From positions 11,121,950-11,185,949 of the forward strand of contig NC_134026.1 of the NCBI RefSeq assembly GCF_964204645.1: a stretch of DNA of 64,000 nucleotides, written 5' to 3'. The notes below the pieces were generated by a model. That model was not told the DNA's origin, did not search any database, and saw only the letters and a list, made by a program, of their open reading frames with translations. This document shows, one piece after another, positions 23,470 to 35,149 of the stretch. The stretch comes from Tubulanus polymorphus. Its lineage: Eukaryota > Animalia > Nemertea. Each line of letters starts with the position of its first letter. The first letter of the stretch is position 1. A program made the translations under genes and the position numbers.

Positions 23470-26400
23470 ATACCAAAAAAGAAAAGTGGCCAAAAACTAA
23501 CAAGGGCAGAGATACAGCGGCAATATCGAGCATGTCGCGACGCAGACCCCGAGAGGCGTGTTCAATATTTAAGAGATAAAATACGAAAGAATGAAGACAT
23601 TATCGTGGGCAAACGGAAATTAGTTAAAGACCTTAGTGAGAGAGAGTTAAGAATACAACGAAAATATTGGAATAATTATACTCGCAAATGCAGAGCAGCA
23701 AAGAAAGTTATGCAAAACATTCAGACTCCACCAGTATCCAGTTGAAGAACTATCTATACCCCCCCCCCCCCCATAAATCCTGGTCCATCAAGGTATGTAT
23801 GTCCCTAAAAGTTAATAGACATGTAAATTCTTGCATACTAATCAAAAACATTTTCTGGTCCATTACATATCAGACATACGCTACATTAGACCACACCAAA
23901 AAAATCATGTTTTTCGGGCGGGGCAATCACCAAAATGGTTAGGTAGGTAGGGAATATTTTTTTCTTTTCATTGAAAAATAAATTTGGGAATACTTTTGAA
24001 AATGGGGTAGGTCATCGTAAATAATTTTTACTGGACCAAAATTTTAGTCAGGAATATGATTAACAGCTATAGTAGACCACAATACTAAAAGGGAATTGAG
24101 GTGTTTGTACAATTACCTTTAAACAAACTATATTTTGAACATATTTCAAGGAATTCCTGGAATTTTACAATCCAAGGTCGCCATCACGTCCGATTAGCAA
24201 AGTTGTCTGAGCATGGTTGCACCATCTCCAGAATCAAATTGTTAAATCCGATGTAATAAAATATTTTTTTGATGATGATCCCAGTGCCGACATCACGATT
24301 TGATTGAAAAGAAAATATTTACAAGACATTTATAAGAATGTAGAGTTTGGTAGTCAGTCGGCCGCATATATATTTTTGAAAGAGTTTCACCCAAAGTTTC
24401 GAATAAGGGTCGGTAGGCAATTATGTTTTATTCTTAAAATGATTATTTGGAATGGGAAATATCGGGTCGGTCGGGCCCTTGAAACAGAGCTTTCTTTTGG
24501 TGTGGCCTTATCGACGTATATGGTTTCTCATACGCCACTACATGTTCTAACTATCGTAATCCTGTCATCTGGTAACTAAATGGATATTCATATTTTTCAG
24601 ACAAATGCTGGCGGCAAATAAAAAGTATAAAGTCGAAAAAAAATCTCTGCAAGCTGAAAACCAATGTCTCAGGGAAAGATTACAAAAGAACGATAATCTA
24701 GTAAATATGTATAGAATGAGATATCAACGTCTGCAGTCAAAGGTTAATAAAGTTGAAAAAAACATGAAAAGTCCTAGAACACGTACAAGAGAGTTACTGC
24801 GATGTTATTCAACAGGAAAAGGCGAGCGTGTACGTAAGCAACTTGTGTTTCATTTTGCATTATGTCAAAATCTAAAACGACAGTACCGATTATCAGAATG
24901 ACACCGTGATAAGCAAAGATACGGCCGACTATTTAGCAATAATCTGATCAAAAAAGTTACAAGTTATGAAAGCTGGCAAAATGAACTAGGATTAAGCAAT
25001 AAAACTTGGTCTATGCTCAAAAGAGAACATTCTGAAGAATTGAAGAATTTTTCATTAGGGATGATGTCAGGAGGTTAGCTGCAGGGAAGAAAAACACTAT
25101 AACTAGAAACAAAGTAAAGAAGCAACGCAGAAGGCTGTGTGATTTCTTAACATGAAGTACAAGTCAGAAGTTGATAGTCCAATCAGTTATTCATATTTCT
25201 GTGCATTGCGACCGTTCTGGGTTCAACCTCCAAAGGAATCAGATCGTGTGATACCTACTAGTGTAAAGTGCATGAAAATGTTCATTTCATTTGTGAAAAG
25301 TTGAAAAATCTTGGCTATTTGGAATGAAGCAATGTAACAGTGTTGTTGAACAGCATCACGTGTTACTTACTCCAATTCAGCAGCTTGCGCCTACAATTAA
25401 TGTGAAGAATGTAAAGATCGAACGGTTGTTTCACTCAAACCAATTGATGAAAACCTGAATGTCACTTTCACTCAATAGGTGACGATGTATGATGATCAAA
25501 ACTGTAAGGTAACCACGAAAACCAGCGAAACTTGCTGTTTAAATGATATATACGAATTTACTGAACAATTGATTGTTCTTAAACGCCATCAGTATAACAT
25601 TGGACATCAATACAATGTTTATAGAGAGATAAGACAGAAATTAACTGAGTCTGAATGCTCGATTGACGTGGATTTCAGTGAAAATTACTTGTACCAGTAT
25701 TCGAAAGAAGTTCAATCAGTGCACTTTGGAGCTTCTCATCAACAAGAAGCAACACTGCACACTGGAATGTTGTACACACAAAGTAATAAACAGGGTTTTT
25801 GCACCATATCTGATAGTCGTGCCCACTATCCTGTTGCCATTTGGTGCCACCTGGAAACCATTCTGTTATACATTAAAACTCGTTACCCAATGGTAAAAAA
25901 GCTGTATTTCTTCAGCGATGGGCCTACTACTCAATACATACAGAAATTTTCGTTGGTTGGAACTTCTTTGAGTCCAGTCACGGTAACCTTTACCCGGATG
26001 GCATTGGGGGAGCACTGAAGCGGTCGGCTGATGACATCATTAAACGTGGAACTGATATTCCCAACGCATACACTCTATTTAAGTATTTAAAAAGCTCATC
26101 AGTTAACCTAAAATACATCCCTCAGTCAATTATTGACGAGAAAACAACTAATCTAGAAAAAGAGATGGCAGATTTATGTCCCATTAAAGAAACTATGAAG
26201 CTCCATCAGCTAATAAGTCGGTTATTTTGTAGAAACCTGAGCTGTGCTGGTAGTGAAAAGTGTCTACCAATTATGGGAAGCACGTGTTGCGCCTGGTGAA
26301 ATGGATGCGCACACTAAAATTCCAGATATTCCTCACATTTAGCCACTCCAGTAATAAATATGGAAGTTGGAGAGAATTGTCTGGTCAAGTACGATGATGT

Positions 26401-26620
26401 CCTTTACCCAAGTCTCGTATTATCAGTTGATACTAACGAAGTTAAGGTGAAATGTATGATACGCATTCGTTTATACAAATTCATTTGGCCAACTCGTGTT
26501 GATATTTTTACTTCAACCAAGGACAATATTGTGAAAAAAACTTCAAGAGCCCCCAATGAAGACAACTCGGAGATATTATTCACTCACTATCTGTGATTGG
26601 AAGACTATTGAAGATAACAC
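23470..26620 (+). pseudogene. Decayed Sola2-like DDD transposase gene
   Basis: Motifs across frameshifts: DFSENY..Q...QSVHFG, TLHTG, FSDGPTTQY, WNFFE..HG...DG.GG.LKR.AD. C-terminal SH3/Tudor-like LVKYD..YP...F.WP..D. Many stops. Family assigned from remembered Sola2 motif pattern. Confidence 0.65.
23889..24507. mobile_element. Harbinger/Tourist-type MITE in an intron of the Sola2-like gene
   Basis: TIR G(A/G)CCACACCAAAA ... TTTTGGTGTGGCC with TTA on both sides. Confidence 0.75.
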
Positions 26621-27400
26621 AGGATATGTAGTTCAATGAAATTCTTATACGTTAGCCTTATCTATAGTCTTGTTCAAATCTACCACCTGTTTTGATATTG
26701 TAGTTAAATTGTTGAATTGATATTTGAAATATTTCAACTGTGTTCTTGTATTATGAGTGCAAAGTTATTGAAATTTTGGAATTTAGTGTGTTCATAGTTT
26801 ACTTCTCTATGATTAAACCTTCTGGCTGTCATAGAATATTGAAGAACAGAGAAGTTGTAGTTCAATTTTATTCGATAAGTTACGACATATTGTATAGTCA
26901 GTCTTCTAATATATCATTAGAACTTTATTACATTAGAATATAAAGCATTTGAGAAATGTACCCGGTAGTTCGATTGAATTTTAGAATGTTTTGCCCATGT
27001 TCTGTCATTTAGGCTAAAACAATTAAGTTTAGGCCTATCTTGAAGTATATCGACTAAAGTCTTTTAACTTTGGCTGTTAATTGTCTCTTGCTGTGATGTC
27101 AACGCCCTAGCAATTAAGCACAAGTGGTGTCTTGAGTGTCACAGATTGTCCGTAAAATTATTTTACAAGTTCATATCACATTTTGCCAATGGTGTTGACC
27201 CACTTGACCCACGTGTTACTGCAGTGACAGTTGGTGTTACCTTAAGTAAATCAGATAAAAAGAGAGTAATTAGATGTTGGACCATGAAATCTTTTTATTC
27301 ACTGTTTCAAGCTCATACACGTGATTAAAAATAAACATACGAATTTGCGTAGCATGAAGTTTAGCTGGTGTGAATGTACGTCAACCGGTATATTGGTTTT

Positions 27401-27594
27401 TGTCGTGAAAGGTTCGATTCGACCAGAGGGGACAGATCCGAGAGAAAGAAGCAACACGTCTGGTTACTACGAAACCTTGGAAGTGACTGATTTTATTTCA
27501 CATAGATGGAGAATAAACATAAACAAGATGTCATCCACAGTAAATATATAAACACAAACCAGATGAGCGGCTTAGTAACCGAACTTTCGAAACA
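27401..27594 (-). repeat. 3' LTR of BEL/Pao element
   Basis: Identical to 33617-33810. Confidence 0.96.
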
Positions 27595-28266
27595 CTCCCG
27601 GCGGCGGGAAGAAAAGATAGGATGTATAATCAATTAGGAATACCTATGAGGTTAATAAGCCTACGTAAAAAATGAGAAATTAATCAATTTCCAATTTCAT
27701 ATCAGAATCACTAAATCTTCGATACATTAAGTTTGCATTACTCTTAATCTTCATTTAACACAAAACTGAGATTGCTTTGACATTAAACATTGACATTAAG
27801 CTTTGACGTTAAACTTTGACATTGCGTTGTGTCTCAACTAAAATATAGGTGTATACATGATAACTAGGATATTGTATAGCATTATTATGAGATAACAGAT
27901 TACAATATTGATTGACGTATTCTTGAAATTAAAAACATGTGAATATCAGATATAAAAAGAACATTTACTCCGATATATATTCAGGTATATAATAGAAAGG
28001 AAATTACATAGTATTTCAACATTAATACAATTTGTGCTTGAATGTATACATACATGATTTTCACTGTTAAGATTCAACTTACATTTCAATTAACATTAAA
28101 TTTTACATATATACTATGGTGATCGTCATTTACACATTTTAATAATTGAAAAACATAGAAGAACATGTTCTTAACATTATAAATCTTCAAAAATGAAATT
28201 AACTCATATTAAGAAACATTATGAACATAAGTTTGAATTATACTCTGATTAGGCTGAACCTGTGCA

Positions 28267-31200
28267 TTAGTCGACCAGTTTGTCACACCAGTTTTTTATT
28301 TTATTTCTAGCGTTCAATGCTGCATTTCGTTTTATTTTCATTGGGGGTTGAATATTACTAATTAGTGGCGATGATTCATCATTCATTTTCTCACCACTAT
28401 CAGAATTGATTTCTAAGGGGTATAATTTCTTAAGAGGTCTATTCGTAATTCCGTTTTTAGTACGAATTACCGCGGATCTCACAAGACCGTCGTTGCCCTT
28501 GTTCAGACCTTCAATGATAGCGAGTTGCCAAAAGATTCTCTTTTTTGAGTCATCATGAACGATCACTATATCGCCTATTTTGACATGATTTTCCGTAATT
28601 CCACCCCGCTTTAGCGTCTGACAGTGGTTTTCCCTTAAGGTTGGCAAATATTCATTTCGCCACCGTATCCAGTAATCTTGGAAAAGACTGTCTAAGTATT
28701 TCATGCGTTTGTTCGCGTCGGAGAAACCGATGGGCGGTAAGTTAAAATTCGGATCAATTAGTTCGTTTTCTTCAACTACCGGTTGAGGTAACAGAGTAAT
28801 CATTCTCCCACAAATTAAATGTGATGGAGTTAAGGGAATGATCTCATCGTCATCATTTGTCATGTACGTTAAGGGACGATCGTTTATTGTAGCCTCTATT
28901 TCAGTAATTAGAGTCGACAATTCGTCCAAGGTAATACACGCTCGACCAACTACTTTTTTCAAAGTGTTTTTCGTTATACTGACTAATCTTTCATAAAATC
29001 CGCCAAACCATGGCGTGCGTTTCGGTATAAATGTCCAAGTGACAAGTTTGTTAGACAGAAAGTTTCTGACTTTTGTTGATTTGAATATTTCTTTGATATC
29101 GTTTTCTGCAGACAAAAATGTTGAACCATTATCAGAGATCAATTGACTTGGCAACGACCTCCTGCTGGCAAATCTGCGAAATGCTCTCATAAAGGAAGCA
29201 GGCGTCAGATCAGTGACTATTTCCAGATGTATTGCCCTGGAAACGGCGCATGTAAATAGACATATGTATGCCTTGTTCTGTTTTGAGTGTTTCGTGCGAT
29301 AATATAAATGGCCAGTGAAATCAACGCCTGTGATGGTAAAGGGTGGAGCTTCTTTTAGTCTACAGGCAGGTAACGGAGGCGTGATTGGCGCACGATATGA
29401 TTTACCATCATGTCTAATGCAAACTGAGCATTTTCTAATAATTGGGCTAACTATTTGCCTAATTCTTGGTATCCAATATGATTGACGTATGTAACACAAA
29501 GTTGATTGTAACCCACTGTGTAGAACCATTTTATGGGCGTCACTAATTACTAATTTTGTGTATGGGTGCTTCGATGGCAATAATATTGGGTACTTAGCGT
29601 TGTAGTTAAGATTCGCGTTTTGAAAACGACCGCCACATCTAATTAAACCCTCTTTATCAGTGAATAGGTTTAATTGTTTAGTCAATTGGGTACCTCGTCC
29701 CCCTTTCTGAATACATTTAATTTCATTTGAAAATTCGTCATCTTGCAAAGAGCGAACCCACGTAGTACGAGCCAAACGTATTTCTGGCACGGTAATATGA
29801 TTATGTCTAGGTTGACATGTCTTCTTCATAATAGAAATAAAGCGTAGTACACATGCTGTGACTCGAAGTAATTTATGCAGCGAATTGAATTGCTCGACAT
29901 CTATTACTTTTTGTATTCCAGACGGTTCTGATGGAGTTGCGGTTATAGTTGATAGAACTGAGATAGAATTAGTACTAGCTAATTCTGCACACTGTTGAGA
30001 GTGCGATTCAGAATTATTTACTGAACAATATAGTACAGTTGAATTATTCAATCGATCAATTGGCCAATCGCCATTAGGCAGCCAAGTTGGTCCAAACCAC
30101 CATAATCTACTATTATCCAAGTCTTGGGTATTGATGCCCCGAGTCAAGAGATCAGCAGGGTTGTCCTTTGTAGGACAATAATTGATTATGTCAAATTTGA
30201 CAGACCGAATTTCACGGACTCTGTTTTCGACGAATGTGGGTAATTTCTTCTCACTCCGAATCCAATGTATTGTGATCTGACTATCGGACCAAAGAACACA
30301 TTTTGTTAAACTTAAATTTGACTTGTCGAATGCATCACGGATAAATTTCGCGAGCCGTGCAGCGATCAGTGCTGCCAATAATTCAAGTCTAGGGATAGTA
30401 ACCTCTTTTAATGGTTTAACCCGTGATTTTGCCATAATGATTGAAGTCGATTTTTCAGTTTTCAGATAAGCTACAGCCCCATAAGCATTGGGACTGGCAT
30501 CAGCAAAAATGTGTAGTTCACATTCACTAGTCGGTTGACCAAAATATGGTCTTTGTATAGCTGTATGTTGACAGGCGTATAACTGCTGATGTATTTCAAA
30601 CCAGAGTGATGATAATTCATCAGATAAGGGTTCATCCCAAGTTTGTTTAGATTGCCACAATTTCTGGATAAACATTTTAGCTTGAATATGCACAGGCGAG
30701 AGGAGACCAAGGGGGTCAAATAGTGACGCTGTTACGCTCACAACTTCCCGCTTAGATACCACAGACTGAGTGCACATAGCTGGGTCTTTTATGGCCTTTG
30801 AAAACTGAAGAGTATCACTAATCGTATCCCATTGTAACCCTACGACATTGACGATTTCATTATTCTCACCCATTGCCTGTTGTTTTATCAACGATCTTAG
30901 TTCTGGGTCGTTTGTAGCCCATGACCTCAAAATAAATCCACCCCTGCTCATAGTATTCGTGGCTTCTTCAAAATATTCAATTGCTTTTTTAGCGTTATGA
31001 CAGCCACTGAGAACGTTATCGACGTATATGTTTGATTGCATATCGATTGAGATTTCTGTATTTTCGGACTGTAGATGCGTTTTCACTACAGAATTTAAGA
31101 TGAATGGTGAGCTAGTGGACCCGAAAAGTACTGATTTGAAACGATAGACCTTGAAGGGACTATCGGGATCCGTAGGATCTGATAGCCATAGAAATTTTGT

Positions 31201-33597
31201 GAAATTTCTATCGTTTTCACCGAGTTTTACATTTAAAAATGCCTTTTCAATATCACTTGTAAATGCGACGTTATTCGTGCGAAAGCGGATTAATATCTGC
31301 ACAAGATCATTTATTAATGAAGGACCGCTTTCGAGACAGTCGTTCAAACTAGGATTATCTCCTTGTTTACAACTACAATCATAAACAATTCTAATCGGTG
31401 TTGTGATTGATTCCTTTTTAACCGAGTGGTGGGGTATGTAATGGCCCTGGCTCTTGTCATCATTTTCTACTATCTCAATAAATTCGCGTGAAAGTTGCTC
31501 TGCTATTATCGCATTATATTTCTGCCTCAGTTCTGGAGACAAGCGTTTAACCATAGATCTAGTTCTAGCGGTACAAATATCAAAATTGGTAGGGAGCGGT
31601 GGATAATCTTCTTTCCAAGGTAAATTCGCTATATATTTACCACTGGTATCGCGTTTAAGGTAATTGTCTCGATACGTTTCAAAATTCATTGTTTCAGATT
31701 TAATCGTTTCCTTGATGCCAATTACTTTAAGATCCCAGTAGTTAGATAATTTTGAGAATTCATCGTTTGAATGTATAGTATTCAAAAGACAGGTAGTATG
31801 GAGTACCGATGTATTCGCATTCAAATTGATGGGTCCTGATAGAAGGAACCCGAGTTTGGAACTGACAGCTGTCGGGCCAGCTCCTCTAACCACTTCATTC
31901 TCTACGATCGACCAGTAATAATCAGCACCGATTAATAGATTAATTTCACAATTGCTGGTGTTGACGTACGGTGCTAATGGTAAATTTCGAAGGTACGGGT
32001 GATTTGTCACAGCAAGTTTTACATTGTTCTGAATTGGTGGACATATTTCCGGTACAACTAATGCACGTAAACCAATTTCGCCTTTACGCGTACGAAGTTT
32101 TAAATCTATACTCCGTAGAGTACGTGCCCCAGGCGAATTGTCACCAAAGGTGGAAATATTTACATCTTGCTTTTCAAATTTGTCCAATCGGACACCTAAT
32201 TCATTTACCGACTTTTTAGTGATGAATGAGCACTGCGCTCCTTCGTCAAACAAGATATTTACCGTGGTCGAATTCGAACCATAATTTATTTGACCAATAG
32301 CCGATTTCAAGAGAACAGGACTTGAAGTTGGAGCTATATTGACATGAATATATTTTGATTCAATATGCGTATCAGTATTTCGATCTATATGAATAGCAGT
32401 GTGGTGTTTGCCTTTGCAAACCTTACAACGATATTTCGATTGGCAAGCTGTTACCATGTGATTGCCAAAACAGTTATAACACTTACGATTTGCCTTTATG
32501 ATGTCTTGTCGCTTTTTTGGGTTAACGATTATATCGCATGAGAACGCCGTATGTGGACCCTTGCAGAACGCGCAACTGTTGTTTTTCGAGGCCGGATTTT
32601 TCCTCGTTTTAGTGCTTATATGAAGAGCGGATAATTTTTCATTATCGAAGTTGACGCAGCTCGCTCCTGCCTGTGTAGCTTGTATTTCCTTTCGGATCGC
32701 GTCGCGTAGTTCTTTAAGTGTCCAGGCGCGGTCTCCGTGCTCCCGTGAAATTTGTGTTTTGACGGGACTCGGTAGCTTATCGAAGACTACCGGAACGAGT
32801 ATGTCACCGAACGCATCTTCCGATTTCCCGAGCGCGCGCAATCCTCGAATATATGTTTCCAAAGAATCGTAAAATTCGCGTAGACTCTCGTGATCCTGCG
32901 GTGGCTGCAAATCTAATAAAGCTCTGATGTACGCGTTCACGATCTTGTGAGGTTGACCGTATCTTTCTACTAAGATCGTCAGAGCTTCTTTGTAGTTAGC
33001 GCTAGTTATTTGCAGACCTTCTATGGTACGCGCTGCTTCGTCAGTGAGTTGTGCGACTAAATATTGAAACTTCTGGATATCGTCCAAATGCGGATCGCTA
33101 TCGACGGCTGAGATGAAATTATCGTAGAAAGTAGACCATTTCAAAATGTCACCATCGAAATTTGGGAGAGCCAATTTTGGTAGATTGACTTTTTTACTGC
33201 CGGTTGAGGTAGTACTGCTTCGATTGATGGTACTTACAGATTCGTTTAGCGATTGTGGTTTTGGTATCTTCGCTAGTAGATTATCCAAGTTCAGTTTGAA
33301 TCGACCGAGTTTGATTTGTATCTCAGTGAGATAATCATCTGATTCAACTATAGTGTTAGTTAACTCGGTTTCATCAGCGATTTCATCCATTAATTGTTGG
33401 TCTAATTGTCGTAAATATTCGAATTTTGTGAACAGCGCGTCGATTAAAGTGGAGAACGGTTGAACAGTTTCCAGAGTTCTTGAACTTTCATCGACGAGTA
33501 GAATCTCTGCTAGTTTTTCTTCCGTTTTTCCGAAAATCTTCGTCATTTGGCCCCGTTGGGCCCTTCTGATTGCCGTTAGCCTTCCTTCTGACCCCAT
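28267..33597 (-). CDS. BEL/Pao Gag-Pol polyprotein (~1776 aa)
   Basis: Gag LPNFDGD..W..F (DUF1759-like) with three Cys-His knuckles; protease LFDEGAQ; RT DIEKAF...YVDN; RNase H FADAS; integrase HHCC, GVDF / SDNG / GFYER; C-terminal W..EYL.. domain. First ATG at 33597. Confidence 0.96.
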   Translation of the reverse strand: MGSEGRLTAIRRAQRGQMTKIFGKTEEKLAEILLVDESSRTLETVQPFSTLIDALFTKFEYLRQLDQQLMDEIADETELTNTIVESDDYLTEIQIKLGRFKLNLDNLLAKIPKPQSLNESVSTINRSSTTSTGSKKVNLPKLALPNFDGDILKWSTFYDNFISAVDSDPHLDDIQKFQYLVAQLTDEAARTIEGLQITSANYKEALTILVERYGQPHKIVNAYIRALLDLQPPQDHESLREFYDSLETYIRGLRALGKSEDAFGDILVPVVFDKLPSPVKTQISREHGDRAWTLKELRDAIRKEIQATQAGASCVNFDNEKLSALHISTKTRKNPASKNNSCAFCKGPHTAFSCDIIVNPKKRQDIIKANRKCYNCFGNHMVTACQSKYRCKVCKGKHHTAIHIDRNTDTHIESKYIHVNIAPTSSPVLLKSAIGQINYGSNSTTVNILFDEGAQCSFITKKSVNELGVRLDKFEKQDVNISTFGDNSPGARTLRSIDLKLRTRKGEIGLRALVVPEICPPIQNNVKLAVTNHPYLRNLPLAPYVNTSNCEINLLIGADYYWSIVENEVVRGAGPTAVSSKLGFLLSGPINLNANTSVLHTTCLLNTIHSNDEFSKLSNYWDLKVIGIKETIKSETMNFETYRDNYLKRDTSGKYIANLPWKEDYPPLPTNFDICTARTRSMVKRLSPELRQKYNAIIAEQLSREFIEIVENDDKSQGHYIPHHSVKKESITTPIRIVYDCSCKQGDNPSLNDCLESGPSLINDLVQILIRFRTNNVAFTSDIEKAFLNVKLGENDRNFTKFLWLSDPTDPDSPFKVYRFKSVLFGSTSSPFILNSVVKTHLQSENTEISIDMQSNIYVDNVLSGCHNAKKAIEYFEEATNTMSRGGFILRSWATNDPELRSLIKQQAMGENNEIVNVVGLQWDTISDTLQFSKAIKDPAMCTQSVVSKREVVSVTASLFDPLGLLSPVHIQAKMFIQKLWQSKQTWDEPLSDELSSLWFEIHQQLYACQHTAIQRPYFGQPTSECELHIFADASPNAYGAVAYLKTEKSTSIIMAKSRVKPLKEVTIPRLELLAALIAARLAKFIRDAFDKSNLSLTKCVLWSDSQITIHWIRSEKKLPTFVENRVREIRSVKFDIINYCPTKDNPADLLTRGINTQDLDNSRLWWFGPTWLPNGDWPIDRLNNSTVLYCSVNNSESHSQQCAELASTNSISVLSTITATPSEPSGIQKVIDVEQFNSLHKLLRVTACVLRFISIMKKTCQPRHNHITVPEIRLARTTWVRSLQDDEFSNEIKCIQKGGRGTQLTKQLNLFTDKEGLIRCGGRFQNANLNYNAKYPILLPSKHPYTKLVISDAHKMVLHSGLQSTLCYIRQSYWIPRIRQIVSPIIRKCSVCIRHDGKSYRAPITPPLPACRLKEAPPFTITGVDFTGHLYYRTKHSKQNKAYICLFTCAVSRAIHLEIVTDLTPASFMRAFRRFASRRSLPSQLISDNGSTFLSAENDIKEIFKSTKVRNFLSNKLVTWTFIPKRTPWFGGFYERLVSITKNTLKKVVGRACITLDELSTLITEIEATINDRPLTYMTNDDDEIIPLTPSHLICGRMITLLPQPVVEENELIDPNFNLPPIGFSDANKRMKYLDSLFQDYWIRWRNEYLPTLRENHCQTLKRGGITENHVKIGDIVIVHDDSKKRIFWQLAIIEGLNKGNDGLVRSAVIRTKNGITNRPLKKLYPLEINSDSGEKMNDESSPLISNIQPPMKIKRNAALNARNKIKNWCDKLVD

Positions 33598-33613
33598 CCT
33601 GGTCACGGCACCA
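33597..33613 (-). promoter_or_regulatory. Primer binding site complementary to the tRNA-His 3' end
   Basis: TGGTGCCGTGACCAGGA lies a few nt inside the 5' LTR; eukaryotic tRNA-His ends ...GTCACGGCACCA. Confidence 0.85.
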
Positions 33614-33616
33614 AAA

Positions 33617-33810
33617 TGTCGTGAAAGGTTCGATTCGACCAGAGGGGACAGATCCGAGAGAAAGAAGCAACACGTCTGGTTACTACGAAACCTTGGAAGT
33701 GACTGATTTTATTTCACATAGATGGAGAATAAACATAAACAAGATGTCATCCACAGTAAATATATAAACACAAACCAGATGAGCGGCTTAGTAACCGAAC
33801 TTTCGAAACA
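33617..33810 (-). repeat. 5' LTR of BEL/Pao element
   Basis: TG...CA, identical to 27401-27594. Confidence 0.96.
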
Positions 33811-35149
33811 GTTTTCTACGCCAGTAAATCTGATTTCTCCAGTTATTAGTAGAAATAAGCTAATACTAAATCTTTTTCTATTTCATGGACGCTGAGATTA
33901 CTATTGTGAACGCTTTGACATACAAATTGCCAAATAGTCTCACCATGAATTCTATTCCCACACAAAAAGACCGTTTCTGTTTTCGGTAACACCACTGACA
34001 TGCAGCTCTGAGAGTGTTACTTTGGGGGGATGGGATTCTCAGAAATCTGAGTTTCTGGCATATGGCGCAAATTTAATGCGGAGGTTTTTGGGATGAACCA
34101 CCGCGGTTATAATTATGTTTTGTGATCCTGAAATTCCTGAAAATCCAATGAAAATACAAGAGTGAATCTTTAATTGCAGATTGGGTTTATTTGATGAAAT
34201 CCAAAGTCAGAATAAAAGTTATTAAAAGTCATAGTTCATACATTTGAATATACATGATTATACTAATAATTACTGAGATTATATATCATATCGTCATAAC
34301 ACCTTGTTGACTAATTATATAAATATATATATGTATATATATACAGAGTACTCAAATTGCCAGCTTAAGTTTTAGTTTGTAATTCGAATATATGCGTCTT
34401 GCATGGTTTAAAGCAAAACCTAATTTCAGTAATTTGTAATTCTAATTTACATTCGATTTCTTTAATAATCGAGATCCATAAGGATCGGTAGAATACTTCA
34501 CTCGGGGGAGGCGAGAATATAGCAGACAAATTATACTATATTGTTTTAGGCCTAAGCTAAGTTGTAATAAATGGAAACACTATGAATAACAAAGTGTACT
34601 AAATATCTTACCTGAAAATCCAATGAAAATACGAGAGTGAATCTTTAATTGCAGATTGGGTTTATTTGATGAAATCCAAAGTCAGAATAACCCAGCTAGG
34701 CCTGAGCTGGACCTTGATGACTCTGGCTCCACCTACAAACCCAATCTAGCAAAGATTCATCTGATTGGAGGATCCAGGTACTTGGGCTCTGACAACGGAT
34801 AGATGCCAGATTGCCAAGAAAACAAACTTTGTAATTAGTGTCACCATTAAGTATCTAGGCAAATGTTTGTTGACTTTAAGATACTATGAGAACAAAGCTT
34901 CTCAGACCAGAGTAACTAGGCTTGGCAGTCATAAATGGTACAAAGAGAAACAAGAAAATAATCTCAGATATAAAATGATTGATAAAATGCTATTTTTCAA
35001 AAATGTAACTCTGATATTTTAAAAGCTATATTTATGCAGATCAAATCTATGTCTACCATGACATAGTTATTCCAAAAATGAAACTGCCAAATCAAGAAAG
35101 TACGTTTTGTAAAAATGAATAATATTGGTTTGCTATACAATGCCTACTT

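Larger units (their letters stand above)
27401..33810 (-). mobile_element. Full-length BEL/Pao LTR retrotransposon (6410 bp)
   Basis: Two identical 194-bp TG...CA LTRs (27401-27594, 33617-33810), 5-bp TSD GTTTT, PBS TGGTGCCGTGACCAGGA, PPT-like GCCGCCGGGAG, single intact gag-pol ORF. Confidence 0.97.

Noticed and set aside
30471-33767. Short alternative-frame or antisense ORFs in the BEL element and its LTRs
   Set aside because: Shadow ORFs of gag-pol or LTR sequence with no motifs.
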